Assembly: GCA_046563655.1 (NCBI GenBank)
Contig: CM102286.1
Location: 10,478,001 to 10,542,000, forward strand
Source: Yuukianura sp. NJ FZ-2021
Taxonomy: Eukaryota
Direction of reading: 5' to 3'
Length of the DNA stretch: 64,000 nt
The stretch's first letter is position 1; each line of letters starts with the position of its first letter. Shown here in pieces: positions 61,701 to 64,000 of this stretch. Under the pieces are notes generated by a model. That model worked only from the letters and a program-made list of their open reading frames with translations, did no database searches and was not told where the DNA came from. A program made the translations under genes and the position numbers.

Positions 61701-62187
61701 CTGTACAAAATTTGATGTTACTCAGTGTTTCCAATTGGCATCTAATTAACGAAATTATGATCAGAACATAGTTACGTTGTTACACTTCAGACTCCTTCAG
61801 CGCCACTGCAAAGGTCTCACTTGCTTGCATCTTTTTTACTCCTGTTGCCGCTTTTAATTACGACGTTCAACAGACAACGATGATTTTATATGGCGGTCAA
61901 CTCTCAATTCCATTGAAATTTTTGTGTCTACAATGCAATCCTTACCTGCGCCAATACAAATTTCTAATTGGCATCGGATTAACAAAATAAATTTTCCCTT
62001 AGGAGAGGGAAGTTAAGGTTCGTATTCAAATTGGATCGTTGATACACAGAGTCACTAGTTCTCCAGGTACCTTATCGACAGAAATTTTCTGCTGGACAAC
62101 ATTCGATGTTTATCGCAGTGTCAATTGCAGCCAAAAAATTTTCCTGTCGGAGAGAGATGTTAAGGTTCGTATTCACATTGCTGGATT
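34774..62187. repeat. 27-kb composite satellite: 150-bp monomers punctuated by blocks of a 233-bp dimer (higher-order repeat)
   Basis: Monomer GTTAAGGTTCGTATTCACATTGTTGGATCAGTGATACGCAGAGTCACTAGTTTTCCGGGTACCTTATCAACAGAAATTTTCTGCTGG... repeats every 149-150 bp. Blocks of about 500 bp start at 37125, 38351, 39423, 40647, 44415, 45938, 47462, 49583, 51256, 53078, 54901, 56275 and 57947, with a single-unit block at 61720. Confidence 0.98.
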
Positions 62188-62624
62188 CATATTGCAGCAT
62201 CAGTGATGCTGCAATAATAGTATGATTTGACCGTCTGACCCTAAGCAAGTGTTTAAGAAGGTGTAGAGATGAGTTCGGGCTGAGTCATCCGTCCCCACAT
62301 TTGAGGTGTCGCAAGATGGCTTCTTGCGACAGAACTGCTAAACTAGTTGAATGGAATTATGCTCCGTTTCAAAAATATATTCCGCCTGTGTATTTCTCTG
62401 GTCCCCGCTCCCAACGCCTCCCCCTCTACCTTTCTCCAAATTTTGAATCAGGTTGGCGCGAAATATTCTGGTTTGTTTACATTTTTTCAAAACTTTGCTT
62501 ACAGCTGATTCTCTTCAAAAACACTTTTAAAGTTTCTCTGTCGTTAAGTTTTAATCTTTTTAAACCTAATTGCGAAAGGTTAGGTTAGTTTTGTTAGTTT
62601 TGCACTGGTGAGTAAAGTGTAGCG

Positions 62625-63069
62625 ATGAGTGCATTAACACCGCCGAATCCTCCTCCAGTACGTAAGATTAAGTCTCCAAACATTAAGTTGTCCGAGACTA
62701 GATACATCCAAAACATCTATGAGTACTTGAAATTTGTGAAAGAGAACACTGGCAAAGAAAATATTCCAATTGGATTCGTTACTCCAGGGAAGAAAAACGT
62801 AAGTACATAATACGTCGGATTGAAAATCAAATCAAATACTTCAATTCTGAATACGTCATATTTTGAAATTGTGTATGACTGTAAGAAATCAATTCCTGTA
62901 ATTTCAGATTCCTCAAATCATAGGGAAAATGGTCGGGGTTACCGAAAGGGCAGTGACGAGGAATCATTTAAAGAGAACGGACTTGGAAAAGTACTGGATC
63001 AGAGACGGAATTTCGTCAATGACACCAATTCAACCCATTGTTTTCATGGTGAACACTGGAGACAGATGA
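62625..63069 (+). pseudogene. Possible two-exon fragment of a transposase-like N-terminus (HTH)
   Basis: Exon 62625-62798 with a GTAAGT donor and TTTCAG acceptor at 62907 gives ...YIQNIYEYLKF...IPQIIGKMVGVTERAVTR. This is loosely like Tc1/mariner-superfamily N-termini, but no catalytic domain is visible. Confidence 0.25.
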
Positions 63070-64000
63070 AAGTGACGAGTTTGAAGAAACCGATAACGAG
63101 GAAAATTAAATCGCTAATTATCTGATAGTTTTATGTGAATGTTTTGTTTGTATACCATAAAAATGCTACTGAATATTAAAAAAGTTTTTTGGTTATTTTC
63201 GTGATGTCTTGCTTATTGTCACTACATTTCTAGGAGACGCATGGTTTTACCTCCAAGTTGAGACAAACCTCCTTCGAGAGAAAGTGAAAGCGGTGGGGGA
63301 GCCCGTCAAGAGGAGACGGAATATAACTTTGAAACGGAGTATAATTGGTGTTGTTCCTGTACTTTTGTGAATCAGTTTGTATGCCACATGTTTGCTCTCC
63401 CTCCGCAAACCCGCGTGGTTTATGTTTTTTATTACATATTACAAAGCCGATGTGCTTTACTTAAACAAGAACTCCTGTCATTGTCTTCAACCAATCTCAT
63501 GTTCACTACATTTTGGATTGGATAATTGCAGGATGTAACTAATTTTAATTTTAATTACAGCACCTTGCCCGCAAAGTAAGAATCACTAACAATAACAGTG
63601 ATTTCCTGAGCTACTGACCCGCAATTGTGCATAACAATAACACCATGCGGAATTATATTAGCAACTTTGAATTCAAAACTTTATTAATTCCTTTGTTATT
63701 TTATTTTCCCTAACTCTTTCCAATTAAAAGGCGTCGTAAAGCTATGGGAGTGTGAAGAAAAGAAAGTTTATGCGTCATTTCAAGAGAAAAAATTTGAGTA
63801 AATTTCAACCTTGGTAAGAACTTAAAAGTCTAAATGTACATAGGAAACGTTTCGGTAAGCACGTCCCGACAAACTTTGAAACTTCGGAAAGTCACACATT
63901 CCTGGCCGTCAGCACAGTCGGAGTTTTTTACGCAGAAGCAAGAGTCCATTAGTGAGCAGTGCTGCTCTTCTTTACTCAAAGTCAGCTGATTAGACACTCC

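Noticed and set aside
34774..62187. CRISPR-like repeat-spacer array
   Set aside because: The interspersed blocks are near-identical to each other rather than unique spacers, the units are too long, there are no cas genes and the context is eukaryotic.

Overview
Eukaryotic, intron-rich arthropod DNA; the chemoreceptor style is reminiscent of springtails, but that is inference only. 1-12.3 kb holds host genes: the 3' part of a 7TM GR/OR-like chemoreceptor, a secreted EndoU ribonuclease with four somatomedin-B domains, an R&R cuticle protein and a divergent ionotropic receptor. 6.4-23.5 kb contains nested non-autonomous elements: MITEs and DINE-1/Helentron-like elements, one of which is split by a full-length BEL/Pao LTR retrotransposon with apparently identical LTRs but two nonsense codons. 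The most unusual feature is a 6.17-kb element at 23784-29957 with Polinton/Maverick-type AGTAG...CTACT termini, a TGCAT target duplication and about 2-kb terminal inverted repeats. Its 2.36-kb core carries only two convergent virion-module genes: a Zn-finger-fused A32/FtsK-type packaging ATPase and a protein ending in QHGG-FLPALL. Each gene lies downstream of a mirror-image TATA+Inr promoter at the inner end of its TIR, so the element looks like a mini-Maverick or one segment of a multipartite Polinton-like virus. 30.9-62.2 kb is a chain of satellites: 197-bp, 353-bp, then 27 kb of a 150-bp satellite punctuated by 233-bp dimers as a higher-order repeat. The ORFs called in the satellites are artefacts.
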